A DNA stretch of 62,778 nt, counting the filler, from Globobulimina sp. (Eukaryota), in the NCBI GenBank assembly GCA_003354225.1. It is 26 parts of 26 records of this genome, joined end to end, with 100 filler letters (N's around TTAATTAATTAA, not from the genome) between each part and the next. Parts side by side here need not be neighbours in the genome. Positions count along the whole stretch, not along the records: positions 12,103 to 14,422 come from PIVH01007413.1; positions 14,523 to 16,842 come from PIVH01007414.1; positions 16,943 to 19,261 come from PIVH01007415.1; positions 19,362 to 21,680 come from PIVH01007416.1; positions 21,781 to 24,099 come from PIVH01007417.1; 21 more parts are not named here. The stretch is one strand, 5' to 3'. Shown here piece after piece: positions 12,422 through 24,199 of this stretch; positions within the stretch are counted from its first letter, which is position 1; the number at the start of each line of letters is the position of its first letter. The translations under genes were made by a program, and so were the position numbers. The notes under the pieces were generated by a model. The model did not search any database. It worked only from the letters and a program-made list of their open reading frames with translations, and had not been told where the DNA came from.

Positions 12422-14083
12422 TTAATTTTCTTTATTGAGGAGAGAAAACTGTATATGTTCAACGTAAGCTTGCATTTCTCGGCTAGCTTCTTTTTTGAAT
12501 TGCGTATAAGACGGAAACTGTTCAAATACATTGCGATGCTGCCTCATAAATGTAACAGATGTCGATTTACTGCCACTGCCACTGCCACTGCCATTGCTAT
12601 TGCTATTATTATTCTCGTCTTCTTCATTCTTAGTGGCAGAGCCAGAGCCAGAGCCAGAGCCGGAGCCGGATTTAACTGCGACCACTGTGTCATCTTTAAA
12701 CAAAGTCTGAATCACTTGATCATTAAATTTGAATATCATGGCATAATCCGTTCTTTTCCATTTACGAACATAAATAATATCTTTCTCGGATTTGATAACT
12801 GGAATATTTATTATTTCGTTATTCAGAGTAAAATCTTTCCAAATCACTTTCGCGATTTGCATAAATATCTCAAATCGTTTTTTAACGGATGCGTTATCAA
12901 TCTGTTTATTGGCAAACTGTTTGTAAGCATATGACGTTCCGACACCATTCATATCAATAAAATATATAAAAACTTTATTTATCGGTAATATCAAACTCGA
13001 ATTATCGTTAAACAAAACGCCTGTAAATCCATTGGATAATATATAACCAATTCCATATTTGCTCGAATAATCTACAAACTTAACCACATTGACACATGTA
13101 TCATTAAATCGTTTGGTCATTTCCGTTGCACAAACATCTGGAAACAATTCCTCTTCGGTCGGCACTCTATGTAAACAACATTCTGGTAAATTCTTCGGGA
13201 CCGGCAACGTTTTAAAAAAGCCATGTTTCAGTATGCCTTTTATGGTCAACCTTTTGTCCGCATCGACGGTCAATATCTTTTTAATTAAATCTTTAGCAGA
13301 ATCTGATATTTTCGGCTTCCACGGGAATTTAAATTGGGATTTTTTAATTTTATCGCAGGTTTTGGCAATGTTTTTGGTTTGGAACGGCGGTGTACCAAAT
13401 AAGAGCGTATAAGTCATCACACCGATGGCCCACACATCGACGCCATAGGAATGTCCCGCATTGCCGGCACTGTTGTTTATCCCGGACGCGATTTCCGGTG
13501 CGATGTAATTTGGTGTTCCGCACATTGTAAATTTCTTGGCTTCTTGTTTTATTTCCGCAGCCAATCCAAAATCGCAGATTTTTATATTCATATTTTCATC
13601 AAATAAAATGTTTCCTAATTTTAAATCGCGATGAATGACATGGAACTTTTCATGTAAATATTTAACGCCCAAAGTTATTTGTTTTATGGTATATCGTGAT
13701 TCGGCCTCGGTGGTGGTTCTTCTTTTTGTTAACCAGCCTTCTAATGAGCCATTGCAGCAATGATTCATCAAAATGTAAATATATTCCTTATCGTCCCAAT
13801 ATCTTCCAAATTCTACAATGAATTTGTTTTCTAATACGTTGTTGATGCCACATCCAGCGTGGATTTTAAGTTCGGATTTTATTTTTTCTGCGTGCCGTTT
13901 AGACTCAATTGAATTTTTTGAGATGAATTTGCAGGCATAGACCTTGCCGCTATCTACGGATTTTACTAAATAAACATCGGCAAATCCGCCGGATCCTAAT
14001 CGTTTCTTTACATCATATTTCTTGACAACTGAACCAGTAACACATTGTATTTGTGTTCCTGTGAATCCCTTTGTTCCTGACAT
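12422..14083 (-). CDS. PLK: Polo-like kinase (kinase domain plus two polo boxes)
   Basis: GSGGFA, HRDLKLGN, DFGLAA, TMCGTPNYIAPE; polo box 1 VVKFVDYSSKYGIGYILSNG; polo box 2 YVRKWKRTDYAMIFKFND. Confidence 0.93.
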   Translation of the reverse strand: MSGTKGFTGTQIQCVTGSVVKKYDVKKRLGSGGFADVYLVKSVDSGKVYACKFISKNSIESKRHAEKIKSELKIHAGCGINNVLENKFIVEFGRYWDDKEYIYILMNHCCNGSLEGWLTKRRTTTEAESRYTIKQITLGVKYLHEKFHVIHRDLKLGNILFDENMNIKICDFGLAAEIKQEAKKFTMCGTPNYIAPEIASGINNSAGNAGHSYGVDVWAIGVMTYTLLFGTPPFQTKNIAKTCDKIKKSQFKFPWKPKISDSAKDLIKKILTVDADKRLTIKGILKHGFFKTLPVPKNLPECCLHRVPTEEELFPDVCATEMTKRFNDTCVNVVKFVDYSSKYGIGYILSNGFTGVLFNDNSSLILPINKVFIYFIDMNGVGTSYAYKQFANKQIDNASVKKRFEIFMQIAKVIWKDFTLNNEIINIPVIKSEKDIIYVRKWKRTDYAMIFKFNDQVIQTLFKDDTVVAVKSGSGSGSGSGSATKNEEDENNNSNSNGSGSGSGSKSTSVTFMRQHRNVFEQFPSYTQFKKEASREMQAYVEHIQFSLLNKEN

Positions 14084-14522
14084 TATGATTCGATGTCGAC
14101 AGTCGGGAAAAATTAAATAAAAGTAGTTATATTGAATTTATAAGTGTTCATAAGTAGATTGATTATGAGCATTCAACTCAATTCCTCGATTATCAAATCA
14201 TAAGATTCATAATGCAAAGGATCTTGATTTCGAGGATGTGGATGTGATGGATTTCGAGTGTTTTTTGTATTCATAATTCTCCAATGTATAAATATAACTA
14301 ATTTCCTCCCATATAACAGTGGCTCCACTACTATCTTAAAAATGGGTTTTACTAAAACAAAAACAATTTAATTTACTAACCTACGCATCATGGCAATTAT
14401 TGTACTGACATTTTCTACTCAANNNNNNNNNNNNNNNNNNNNNNNNNNNNNNNNNNNNNNNNNNNNTTAATTAATTAANNNNNNNNNNNNNNNNNNNNNN
14501 NNNNNNNNNNNNNNNNNNNNNN

Positions 14523-15791
14523 ATTTGATACAAAATCATTTGGGCTAAATTTGTCATTACAATTGACAATGATATGTATTTTTATTTCATTTCTTTTCCA
14601 TTCTTTTGTTTGAAACAAACCAGTTTCTATTCCATCCAATACAGATTTGAGTAATTTATCATTGGCTGGATAAGCAACACTAAATTTAATATATTGCAAT
14701 GATTTACATGTTGTTATTAATTTTGTCATTGTTTTCTTTGTTTCTTTCGGTGTCATAAATGTGAATCCGTCGAACGTTGGAAATACAACAACTTTCTTTA
14801 AAGTTTTAGCAGTTAATAAAATATCATTCATTGATTTTATTGTAGGTGTCGTTAATTTCAATTCTTTCAATTTACTAAAATTTGTATTTTGCAATTCCAA
14901 ATCAAAGTTATTATCATGCTCAACTTCGAATTCATCGAAAACTAAAAAATCTAAATTATTTCCAAATGTATTTATTAATGATTTACAGTCCTCTTTGAAG
15001 AGACCATTCAGTTTCAAACCTTTTAAATTTGGATATAAATCTTTAATTTTATTTGCATTGAGTTGAGCATAAACACCAAACAAATGTAAATATTGAATAT
15101 TTGGAAATTTGGCCAATATTTTCATAAATTTATCAGCAGGAAAATTAAGGATATTGTAGGTATTTCCCAAGGATCCAAACTTTGAACATCTTAATATTGT
15201 GATATTATCAACATTTATATGAGCAGATTGCAGAAAATTAGCAATATCAATATTATTATATTCCTCTCCATCCAATACAATTGTTTCTAATTCATTCATT
15301 GCTGATGGTCCTGGTCCTAATTCATCAAAATCGTTTAAATCTAATCTTAAATGTTTAACAGATGGATATAATCCTAAATTAATGGCCGAATAACCTTCAA
15401 TTCCTCTTAAATCTAATTCTTTTAATAAATTTGGTGAATTACATCCTAAATAAATCCATCTATTTGTTTTACTAAAAGCAATATTTTGATATTGTTTTAA
15501 AAATGAAGATATTTCACCAATTAATGGTTTTGGTAATTGATCTAATTTAATATCTTTGTTTGGAATCGGTTTTGGTTTCTTTTTGCGGGATTTGATGATA
15601 TCTGATACCATATTATTAATATTATCAGCATCAGATTGTTGATTTGCAGATGCATTTAAAATTTGATTAAATAATGCTTCGATAATAATATTATTCTTCA
15701 AATCCAATAATTTATCAACGAATTGAAGTGTTTCTGCTTGCGTCAATTGGGCCGCTAAAAAACGAAACTTGACCGCTTTGCAGAGTGACAT
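14523..15791 (-). CDS. F-box-like/LRR-like protein, 3' truncated
   Basis: LDQLPKPLIGEISSFL F-box-like motif followed by repeated LxxLxL segments. Confidence 0.65.
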
Positions 15792-15907
15792 GTTCACTTA
15801 ATTTGGTTTAGCATAAAAGGTAGTTTTAGGACTTGGAGAACGTTTAACTACAACGAATAATAGCAAAACAAAATAATTTAACTAACACTGAACATAATTA
15901 TATTTTG

Positions 15908-16270
15908 TCAGAAGCTGGTTAATGTCCAATACGAGGCATCCAATAACATAACTTGCTTTTGAAATTTTTTATAATACTCAACAAATCCTAAACACACAAT
16001 GGCTCCCGCACCAAATGCCTTGTTATATCTGCTAACCTGCCACTTAATGCTTTTATGTTTGAATGTATCCTTATAAGTCATTAAGAAATTTTTAGAGTCC
16101 ATCCAATTAATAAAGCGACCATTGATCATAACGGGTCTATTGAATAATAAATCCGGTGTTGGTGGACGTATCCATCCAATTTCCATCAAAATCGTATAAT
16201 CACTCTTTTCCTCGCCATCGCTGTCCAGACCGCCACCATTCCTCTTCCTATAAAACTTCACCTTTTCTCT
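15908..16270 (-). CDS. TPD-domain (C15orf41/CDIN1-like) PD-(D/E)XK nuclease, C-terminal part; 5' end replaced by foreign DNA
   Basis: PTPDLLF...INWMDSK...QVSRYNKAFGAGAIV...GF follows the C15orf41 pattern TPD...WIESK...Q..Y..RFG.G. Confidence 0.7.
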   Translation of the reverse strand, partial: REKVKFYRKRNGGGLDSDGEEKSDYTILMEIGWIRPPTPDLLFNRPVMINGRFINWMDSKNFLMTYKDTFKHKSIKWQVSRYNKAFGAGAIVCLGFVEYYKKFQKQVMLLDASYWTLTSF

Positions 16271-16404
16271 TTTCAGCGTATGGCCGGGGAGCTCGGCTGG
16301 CGAGCCTCCTCCGGTTACGGCAATATGCGAAATCACCTGTCAAACCTAGAGAATCTCCAACAACTCGACGATAATCACCGACATTGTTTGGTTGTGTCTT
16401 TGAG

Positions 16405-16842
16405 TGCAATCCAGACAACCACCAGAACTTGGACGGAAACCATCAGCATGTGGATGGCAGCTTGAACAATCGGAGCTATTGTTGTGATTTTGAGCTGGTG
16501 CTAGTCCATCATTCCTGTGATGCAGAGTTCTGGTGTGGCAAGTTTCGCAGATTCCATCATATGGATTGTCCCCACCCGCTGGGCCATGAACAAAATCATC
16601 TTCGTTGTTATATCTGACTCGTTTGACACCAGAGTTTGGAGTGGCAATACGTTCTTTGATGTAGTAGCGATCAAATTCACCCTGATGCATGTGAGGATTA
16701 TGGCAATCTTCGCAAAAAAGAGTGTCGCCATAAGTTGATGAGATATGAAAATCGACTTCCTGTGCAACTCCGCTTTCAATATGACAACTCATACAAACAT
16801 TATTAGAAATCCAGTTTGATGGGACTGGTTCTGGTGCGGTTC
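16405..16842 (-). CDS. Bacterial multiheme c-type cytochrome fragment
   Basis: Four complete CxxCH motifs (CMSCH, CEDCH, CETCH, CSSCH) and a fifth (CLDC) cut at a junction; GC-richer than host DNA. Confidence 0.85.
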
Positions 16843-16942
16843 NNNNNNNNNNNNNNNNNNNNNNNNNNNNNNNNNNNNNNNNNNNNTTAATTAATTAANN
16901 NNNNNNNNNNNNNNNNNNNNNNNNNNNNNNNNNNNNNNNNNN

Positions 16943-17851
16943 AAACAGATTATTTATTGGGCACTGTGCTAAATGCTTCCTATGCAAATGGGTGGAATGC
17001 ATCAAATACTGTAATAATTTTTACATCCGGTCAGGTGTTGATTGTATTTCATTTGTTTTGAATTCGAATTCCATCCGAATCTGACCATGAAATTAAAACA
17101 AATCAAAATAGACCATGGTGATATGAACATGGAACATCGTCAACAACTAAAAAATTCAATGTACGAAGCATCTGCTCGAATACCACTGTTTTTTGCAGGA
17201 CCAAATATCAAAGAAAAAAATATTATTCGAAATATCACTGCGGACATTGATGTGTTGCCGACATTAATTGAGTTTGGTGGCGGCAGTGTACCATCATCAA
17301 TGTCTGGGTATTCTTTGGTGGATATGTTGTATAAAAATACAAACTATAAAAAATCAGAACAACTGCATCCCGATTATATAACATCACAATTTCACAGCAA
17401 TATGGGTAACACCGGTTCATTTATGGTACGTAAAGGACAGTGGAAATATATACAATTTGGACATTATTTAAAAGCTTTTGCAAATTATACAGCACAATTA
17501 TTTGATTTAGAGAACGATCCGGATGAAATTAATGATGTTTCTGCAGCAAATATTGATGTTGTACGGGAATTGGAAGCAATATTATCAAATGAATTTAATT
17601 ATGAATATATTGATTGTATTGCTAAACAAAATGATTTTATATTATTTGAAGAATTCCAATGGAATAAATACAATGAATCTGAGTTAATGAGGAGATTTGA
17701 GTCAGTATATCAAGGATTTGATGAAATCGATTGGCAAACAATTGTTAACTGGAGATTGGAATTATTAAATACTACAAATACAACTTGCGAGCAACATTCT
17801 GAAAAATGGTTAAGACCAATTCGCGACCATGAACGTCGCCAATTGTACTGA
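16943..17851 (+). CDS. Arylsulfatase K-like sulfatase, 5' truncated; intron 17030-17111
   Basis: Splicing restores IFTSDHGDMNMEHRQQLKNSMYEASARIPL; also DVLPTL and QLFDLENDPDE. Confidence 0.85.
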
Positions 17852-17909
17852 TGGAATATTTAAAAGACAGTTTGTCATTTTCTTCTGCTAAAAAACTGCT
17901 GCTTATACC

Positions 17910-19065
17910 ATGTGTATGAGCATCAAACATGCCTTGCAAAAAACGAACCGTTTGTGTTGGAAATATAACTTCCAAACCACAGCAACATTCGCCTCAAAAC
18001 CCAGCACAGCATTGGATGGTTATGAATTAGTACATGCCACACCTTCAAGTACTAGTTCAAAAGTGTCAATACCAGCTTTGGGATTCGGTACTTGGGGAGT
18101 TAACCATTTCTCAAATGATATATTGGCGCAATCAGCGGATATGGCTTTGAAAATAGGTTATAGGCACTTAGACTGTGCGCGAGTTTATGATAACGAGAGT
18201 GAAATTGGTGCAGTCATTCATGACCATTTAAATAAAGGTACTTTTGACAGAAACGAATTATTTATAAGTTCAAAACTATTCAATCATGAACATGATAATG
18301 CATTATTTGCATTGGAGAGCAGTTTAAAAGCACTCAATGTGGATTATGTCGACTGTTTTTTGATTCATTGGCCATTCCGAAATAATCCCAATATGCAATA
18401 CGAAGCAGTCCCATTTAGCATCGAACAGTGGTTTTTAACATACAAATCATTGCATGAATTGAGTGTGCACGGTTTAGCAAAATCAGTTGGAGTTTGTAAT
18501 GCAACCATCACCAAAATGAAAGGATTGATGGATTTATGCGATCAACATAAAGTAGCATATCCTGCAAACTTACAAATTGAATTACATCCATATTTACAAC
18601 AGGAGAAAGTGCTGCAATTTGGGAAGGATCATGGCATCATAATCACGGCAGCGATGCCTCTCGGTTCTCCTGAGAGACCACCACGATGTCGGAGAGGTTA
18701 TATACATTCATTTCATTTCGATTCAATTCAATTCAATTAATTGATATATGTTTCATGTTTGTAACTTGTAAGACGATGACCCTGTGGTTATGGAAGATTT
18801 TGAGTTAAAGGCAATTGCAAAAGAAGTTGGATATTCTGTGGCTCAGCTTATTATAAGATGGCATTTACAAAAAGGGGTTGTATGTATTCCAAAGGGAACC
18901 GAGGAATGGATGATAAGAGAAAACTTTGAGACATTAAATTTTGAGTTAACATGTGATCAAATGGAAAGGATTAATTCTTTGGATAAAAATTTTAGATTTG
19001 CTCGAGCTGAATTCCTAGGATGGAGAGAGAACCAAAGATGGGAAGAATTGTGGGATTATGAGTAG
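17910..19065 (+). CDS. Aldo-keto reductase; intron 18697-18772
   Basis: LGFGTW, GYRHLDCARVY, SSKL, LIHWP, QIELHPYLQQ, VCIPKG, RENF; catalytic D/Y/K/H tetrad present. Confidence 0.93.
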
Positions 19066-19361
19066 AGGATACAGCCGTTTCTGTAGTACATTTTATTCAA
19101 ACACGTTACCAGACTCGATATTACTGAGTGCTGGTAAAATACTATTAGACTAGTGCCAACTAACTTTTTTTTAACTCGAGTACTTTCAAAGTTAATTACA
19201 TGTCACTTCCGCTTTAGTTTGCCAACTTTAAATCGGTTTCCCATTAATGAATTTAACCCAANNNNNNNNNNNNNNNNNNNNNNNNNNNNNNNNNNNNNNN
19301 NNNNNTTAATTAATTAANNNNNNNNNNNNNNNNNNNNNNNNNNNNNNNNNNNNNNNNNNNN

Positions 19362-19500
19362 CAATTATTACTAATTGGGTGCATTTTCATAATCATTGTA
19401 ATTAATCACTGCGCCCAATTATTACTAATTGGGTGCATTTTCATAATCATTGTAATTAATCACTGCGCCCAATTATTACTAATTGGGTGCATTATCATAA
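19362..19500. repeat. 54-bp tandem repeat (about 2.6 copies), each unit junction forming a hairpin
   Basis: Units start at 19362, 19416 and 19470; GCGCCCAATTA-TTAC-TAATTGGGTGC forms an 11-bp stem with one G-T pair. Confidence 0.9.
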
Positions 19501-19633
19501 ATTTACAATTTTTTTTTAAAAAAAAAATAGGCCATGCAATGTATATTATTATAATATAAATCACTGCTTTATTTATTTATTTATTTATTTATTTATTATT
19601 GTATAATTATCCATTCACCCAAAATATATTATA

Positions 19634-20010
19634 TATATAGATGGCGCAATAAATATATGGCGTCGCAATTAATGAAAAGAAACGGATATCAGTGAACCAC
19701 GTCAAAACGAGAGTACTTTTGAAATTTGCAAAACGTACATCCGTACACTCTAAAACCATGCAGTGAGTCTCGCAACGGATTTGTTATAAAAATTATAATT
19801 TATTGTGTACTTCGAACGGTTTTATTATGTGTTTTAAACAGATCGAAAGATATCAAATTGGAATTTGCAGAGAGAAATGAAAAGAATGTGGTGTGGAAAA
19901 AGGTGGAACATATAACATAGGACGAAATGAGACAGGTTTTGGCAAAGATGAGCAAAGAAAATAGGCAAAGCAGTCGAATAGGTATATAGATGGCGCAATA
20001 AATATATGGC
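19634..20010. repeat. 28-bp perfect direct repeats flanking about 320 bp
   Basis: TATATAGATGGCGCAATAAATATATGGC at 19634-19661 and 19983-20010. Confidence 0.85.
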
Positions 20011-20365
20011 ATATGGTGGCCAATGGTGATCAATTAATTGGATTTGTTTTGATGGTGGTCAATATGCTTTTATTTTGAAAGAGTGGAAGGCGTGCATTTT
20101 TTGAACAGTGATACGGCCAGGCATTGTAATGCGGTGGATCCATTAAACACATAAGAAACTTATATGATTTATTTGCTTCTCACAGTCGACTACCTTTGTC
20201 GATTTTTCATTTCACTAGACCTTTGTCATCCTTTTTATTCATGTAATTATTGTTTGTTTGTTTGTTTGTTTGTTTGTTTGTTTGTTTAACTTTGAAAACT
20301 TGACATTAAAAAATAAACATTTAAAAAAATCTCTTAGTTCAGTTACAAAGCAAATCAGATCATTT

Positions 20366-21420
20366 ATGTCAGTAAGTCCACGCAAGGAATATCATGCTAA
20401 CCATTCTCCGCGTCCAGATACGGGTCCTCTACCAATTCGTCAAAAACGGAAACATAACAATTCTGCTCAAATGCAAGAATGTAAATTAAATGAGTTACAA
20501 CGACAACGTGAGGAGAATCAAGAAAAAGAAAAAAAAGAAAAAGATCAATTTGAACATGCTTTTATTATTGCAGCCCGTTCGGAAGAAGTACAAAATCAAG
20601 CAATACAAGACTTTGCAAATTATGTAGTTCAAAGCTCCACAGTGTCAGATCTTGTAGTGGGACCACAATTATCTATAACATCGGCAATGGCAGCATTTCA
20701 TATGAGGAATGTAATGTACAAAATAAGTAATTTAAATAAATATGTTAAGAAATGATATATTTTTATTTGTTTTAATCATAACTTAATATTGATTAAATAC
20801 TAAGGGGATATTTGGCATTTTGGAGGCATCAATAGTCAAACAAGACTTAAATTCAAATAAATTCAAAGGATCCATAGAAATATTGAAATCGTGTTTAGGG
20901 GGACATGCTTTTTATCATGGTATGCCTGATAAGAATAAAGAATTAAAGTTGTTTAACACTCCATTATCTGTGTTGAAATTTTGTCATATTTATGCCGATC
21001 CATTATCTATTGCAATAACAGATTCATATCTTAATATATTCCAATTAGTTAAGATTTATTTCATTATTTCCGTTCGTAAATATAATACAAAAAATGTTTT
21101 CTTAGTCGTCAAAAGCGGCAAACCAACATATTAAAGCAAAGCTTAAACGACAAAGACAAACAATAGTTAATGGAGAATATATGCGAGCTCTCAATTGTGT
21201 TGAAAATAGCGTTGCTACCACAGAACAAAATCATGAATTAAACAGACAAACGTATTTATTTATTGTATCAGGTAAGCTTATTAAAGATATATTTACAGAT
21301 CATTTAGATGAAAAAGATAATTCAATAAAAGATGCATTTCAATTAAAAAAGAATAGAAGAATGGTAATAATTGGATTACATCAATTATTTGACAAAAAAA
21401 AATCCTTTTTTGAGGAATAA
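20366..21420 (+). CDS. Hypothetical multi-exon protein
   Basis: Three consecutive coding-like ORF segments separated by short AT-rich intron-like gaps; no recognisable domain. Confidence 0.45.
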
Positions 21421-21951
21421 TATTATTTCTGTACATTTTTTTTTCCGTAGTTTATTATTGACAAACTTCTTAACTTTTCTTTTAATAAAATGTTATTACT
21501 ATTTTTGAAACGGTGTGGTATTTTTTTTTGACAAATAATTGCAAATTTACCAATTTTTCCTAAAAATGCACAAAATTGAAAAAATCCAAAATATGCAAAA
21601 TTGACAAATGCTAAACTCTAAAGGGGAAATGGTGGAGTTGGTATAAGGGAGTGTTCAAATTCCGAAATATTGAATTTTTGNNNNNNNNNNNNNNNNNNNN
21701 NNNNNNNNNNNNNNNNNNNNNNNNTTAATTAATTAANNNNNNNNNNNNNNNNNNNNNNNNNNNNNNNNNNNNNNNNNNNNATTTATGAGTGCCTTTTCAT
21801 TCTCACTCCACACATTCAACAGATCGGCAGTTGTAATTCTCGTTTTCCGCTTGATCCATGTGTGCAGAACAAGGAGACCAAATGTTGATATCTAAACTAA
21901 TATTAACGTTTAGTTTTTGGAGTTGAAAACCACTGTGATCTATTCAGAACA

Positions 21952-23933
21952 ATGGCAAACAATAAATATGATGAAAATATTCTGTCTCAATTAATGGTCT
22001 TTGGATATTCTAAAAAGCAAATAATTGAAGCTTCAAATGCTGTCATTGACTACAAAGATATCAATGTTGTACAAGCTAAACTCGATGCATATGCTGCAGC
22101 TGATGATTACTCCTCGAATCTCAAACGTTGCAATACTTAAACTATATATTTTATTTTATAATATATTCCAAAAAAATACATCTAAAATACAGCAACAAAC
22201 GATGCCAAGAAAAAGAAAAAGAAAAAGAGCAAAAATATCAAACTTAGATTTTCATTGCCAACACCGAAAAATTATAATATGAGTTCTCTGACCAAATCCA
22301 AATCAGCAAACATACCCAAAACAAAAAAAATGAAGACAAAAGCAGGGAATTCATGGATTAAATCAACCCAAAAAAAACAAGACACATGGCCTCCAGTCGC
22401 ATTTTCGCGACAAACCTCCATTCTAAAATTACAGCAAATTGCCACTGTATCAAAACGAAGGAAAAAACCAAAGAAAAAAACATTGGTTGATATTATTTAT
22501 GAAAGTGATGATGATGACGAATATCTGACAGATACAGACGATGAGAGTTTGATGCTGCCAATGTTGGATCGGAGGTTTGCTCTTTCTGCTGATTCCGGAA
22601 TGAATGTGCTTTTAAATGAGAAAAACAAAGAACTGCAAGACCAATACTCCCAAAATAATAGTTCTTGGATGACACAAAAGAAAAAGAAAAAAGTGAATCA
22701 CGTCCAAGCTGAGCTGTCGTTATTATTTGATTTCCGGTAACTATCTATATTTTTTTTATGTTATATTAATATATGATAATATTTGCCCAATTAATATACA
22801 GTGACTTTGAGAAAAATAATGCAACGAAGGAATATGAACAAAATCTTGAAAATATGCAAACTGACAAAGCTGTGAAAGCGATGGAACTGAGGAAACAGAA
22901 AACTTTCAACGCTGTAAAGTTACAGAAAGACATTAAACAGAAAGCAATCGATGGCTTTACGGCCAGATTAGAAACGCAGAAAAAATTAATTGAGTCTGGA
23001 TTTGCTGCATCGCCAATGATAAATGATGAGGACTTTGTAGTTGATGAAGACAGTAAGCAGCAAATGCAAAATACCGACATGTTCGCTACAAAAATGAGTA
23101 AACGTGATATGTTGAAGCAAGCGTTGAAAAATGAGGAATCTGCGCTGGAACATTGTGTGTTAATTGTGGAGGAATTAGGCTTTCTCAAATATATGAAAAA
23201 TGATGAGACGTATATGCAACTAATGAAATCTAAACAGAATGCATTGAGCCGAGAGTTGAATGCAAAGGCAAAGAGGAATAAAAATGAGCAAGTTTTAGCA
23301 AGTTTTGATGAAAATGCTGAGACTGATTTTGCTGCGATGGAGCCACAATTGAATGTAGCTCAAATGGCTTTGGATGAGCTCAAAAATGAGACGAAAGAAA
23401 ATGACAACGATGGTGTGGGAGAGTATGATTTATTTTGTATGAGTAATAGTAATTTATTATTATCGTTGAAACAGATCAATTGTGAGTTATTGATGAGAAT
23501 GATGAGCAGATCGTTGGTTATGATACAAAGTCTGCAGTTCATTGAGCTGTGTAATTGTGGAGTCGATGATTATTTTATGAGTCAAATTTTCTTGCAGCTG
23601 CTGGAGAATATTGGTCAAATTAAAGTGAATACACTCAGTTTGCAGAGTAATTCTATCGGAGATGATGGGATGTTATGTTTATGTGAATATATGAAAGCGA
23701 ATAATGAATATTTGAAAGTTGTTAAGTTGCAAAATAACCGAAGGGATATATCAACAGATGTTTGTCAACAAATGTGTGAGGCGCTGGAGGTGAATGATTA
23801 TGTTACTAAGTTTGACTTTGAGTTTCGTCATTATGGTGAGAGAGATAGATCGTATCAAGCATTGAAGAGGAATAATGACAGTGCGCGGATTCGACGAGTT
23901 GGAAACATTAATTTAGTGGCAGACGATACTTGA
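21952..23933 (+). CDS. UBA-like N-terminus with tropomodulin/leiomodin-type LRR cap; introns 22127-22192 and 22737-22801
   Basis: LSQLMVFGYSKKQIIEA (UBA-like); LSLQSNSIGDDG...LKVVKLQNN...ALEVNDYVTKFDFEFRH...ALKRNNDSARIRR. Both introns splice in frame. Confidence 0.75.
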
Positions 23934-24199
23934 GACTGTAAATAATGTTTTTGAAAATTCTATTTTAAATCTTGCAACTTTTTCAGGCCGCTTGCATGCG
24001 TTGGATTTTTCAAACTAATATAATCCTAAAATGTAATTTGTGTACAAAACTGAAAAATGTGTATATTTTATACAATAAAAAAAGAAAAAAAAAGATCTGN
24101 NNNNNNNNNNNNNNNNNNNNNNNNNNNNNNNNNNNNNNNNNNNTTAATTAATTAANNNNNNNNNNNNNNNNNNNNNNNNNNNNNNNNNNNNNNNNNNNN

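Noticed and set aside
19362-19500. CRISPR array
   Set aside because: Sequences between the palindromes are identical rather than unique spacers, and no cas genes are present.
20250-20287. ORF start MFVCLFVCLF
   Set aside because: A (TTTG)n microsatellite; the plausible start is the ATG at 20366.
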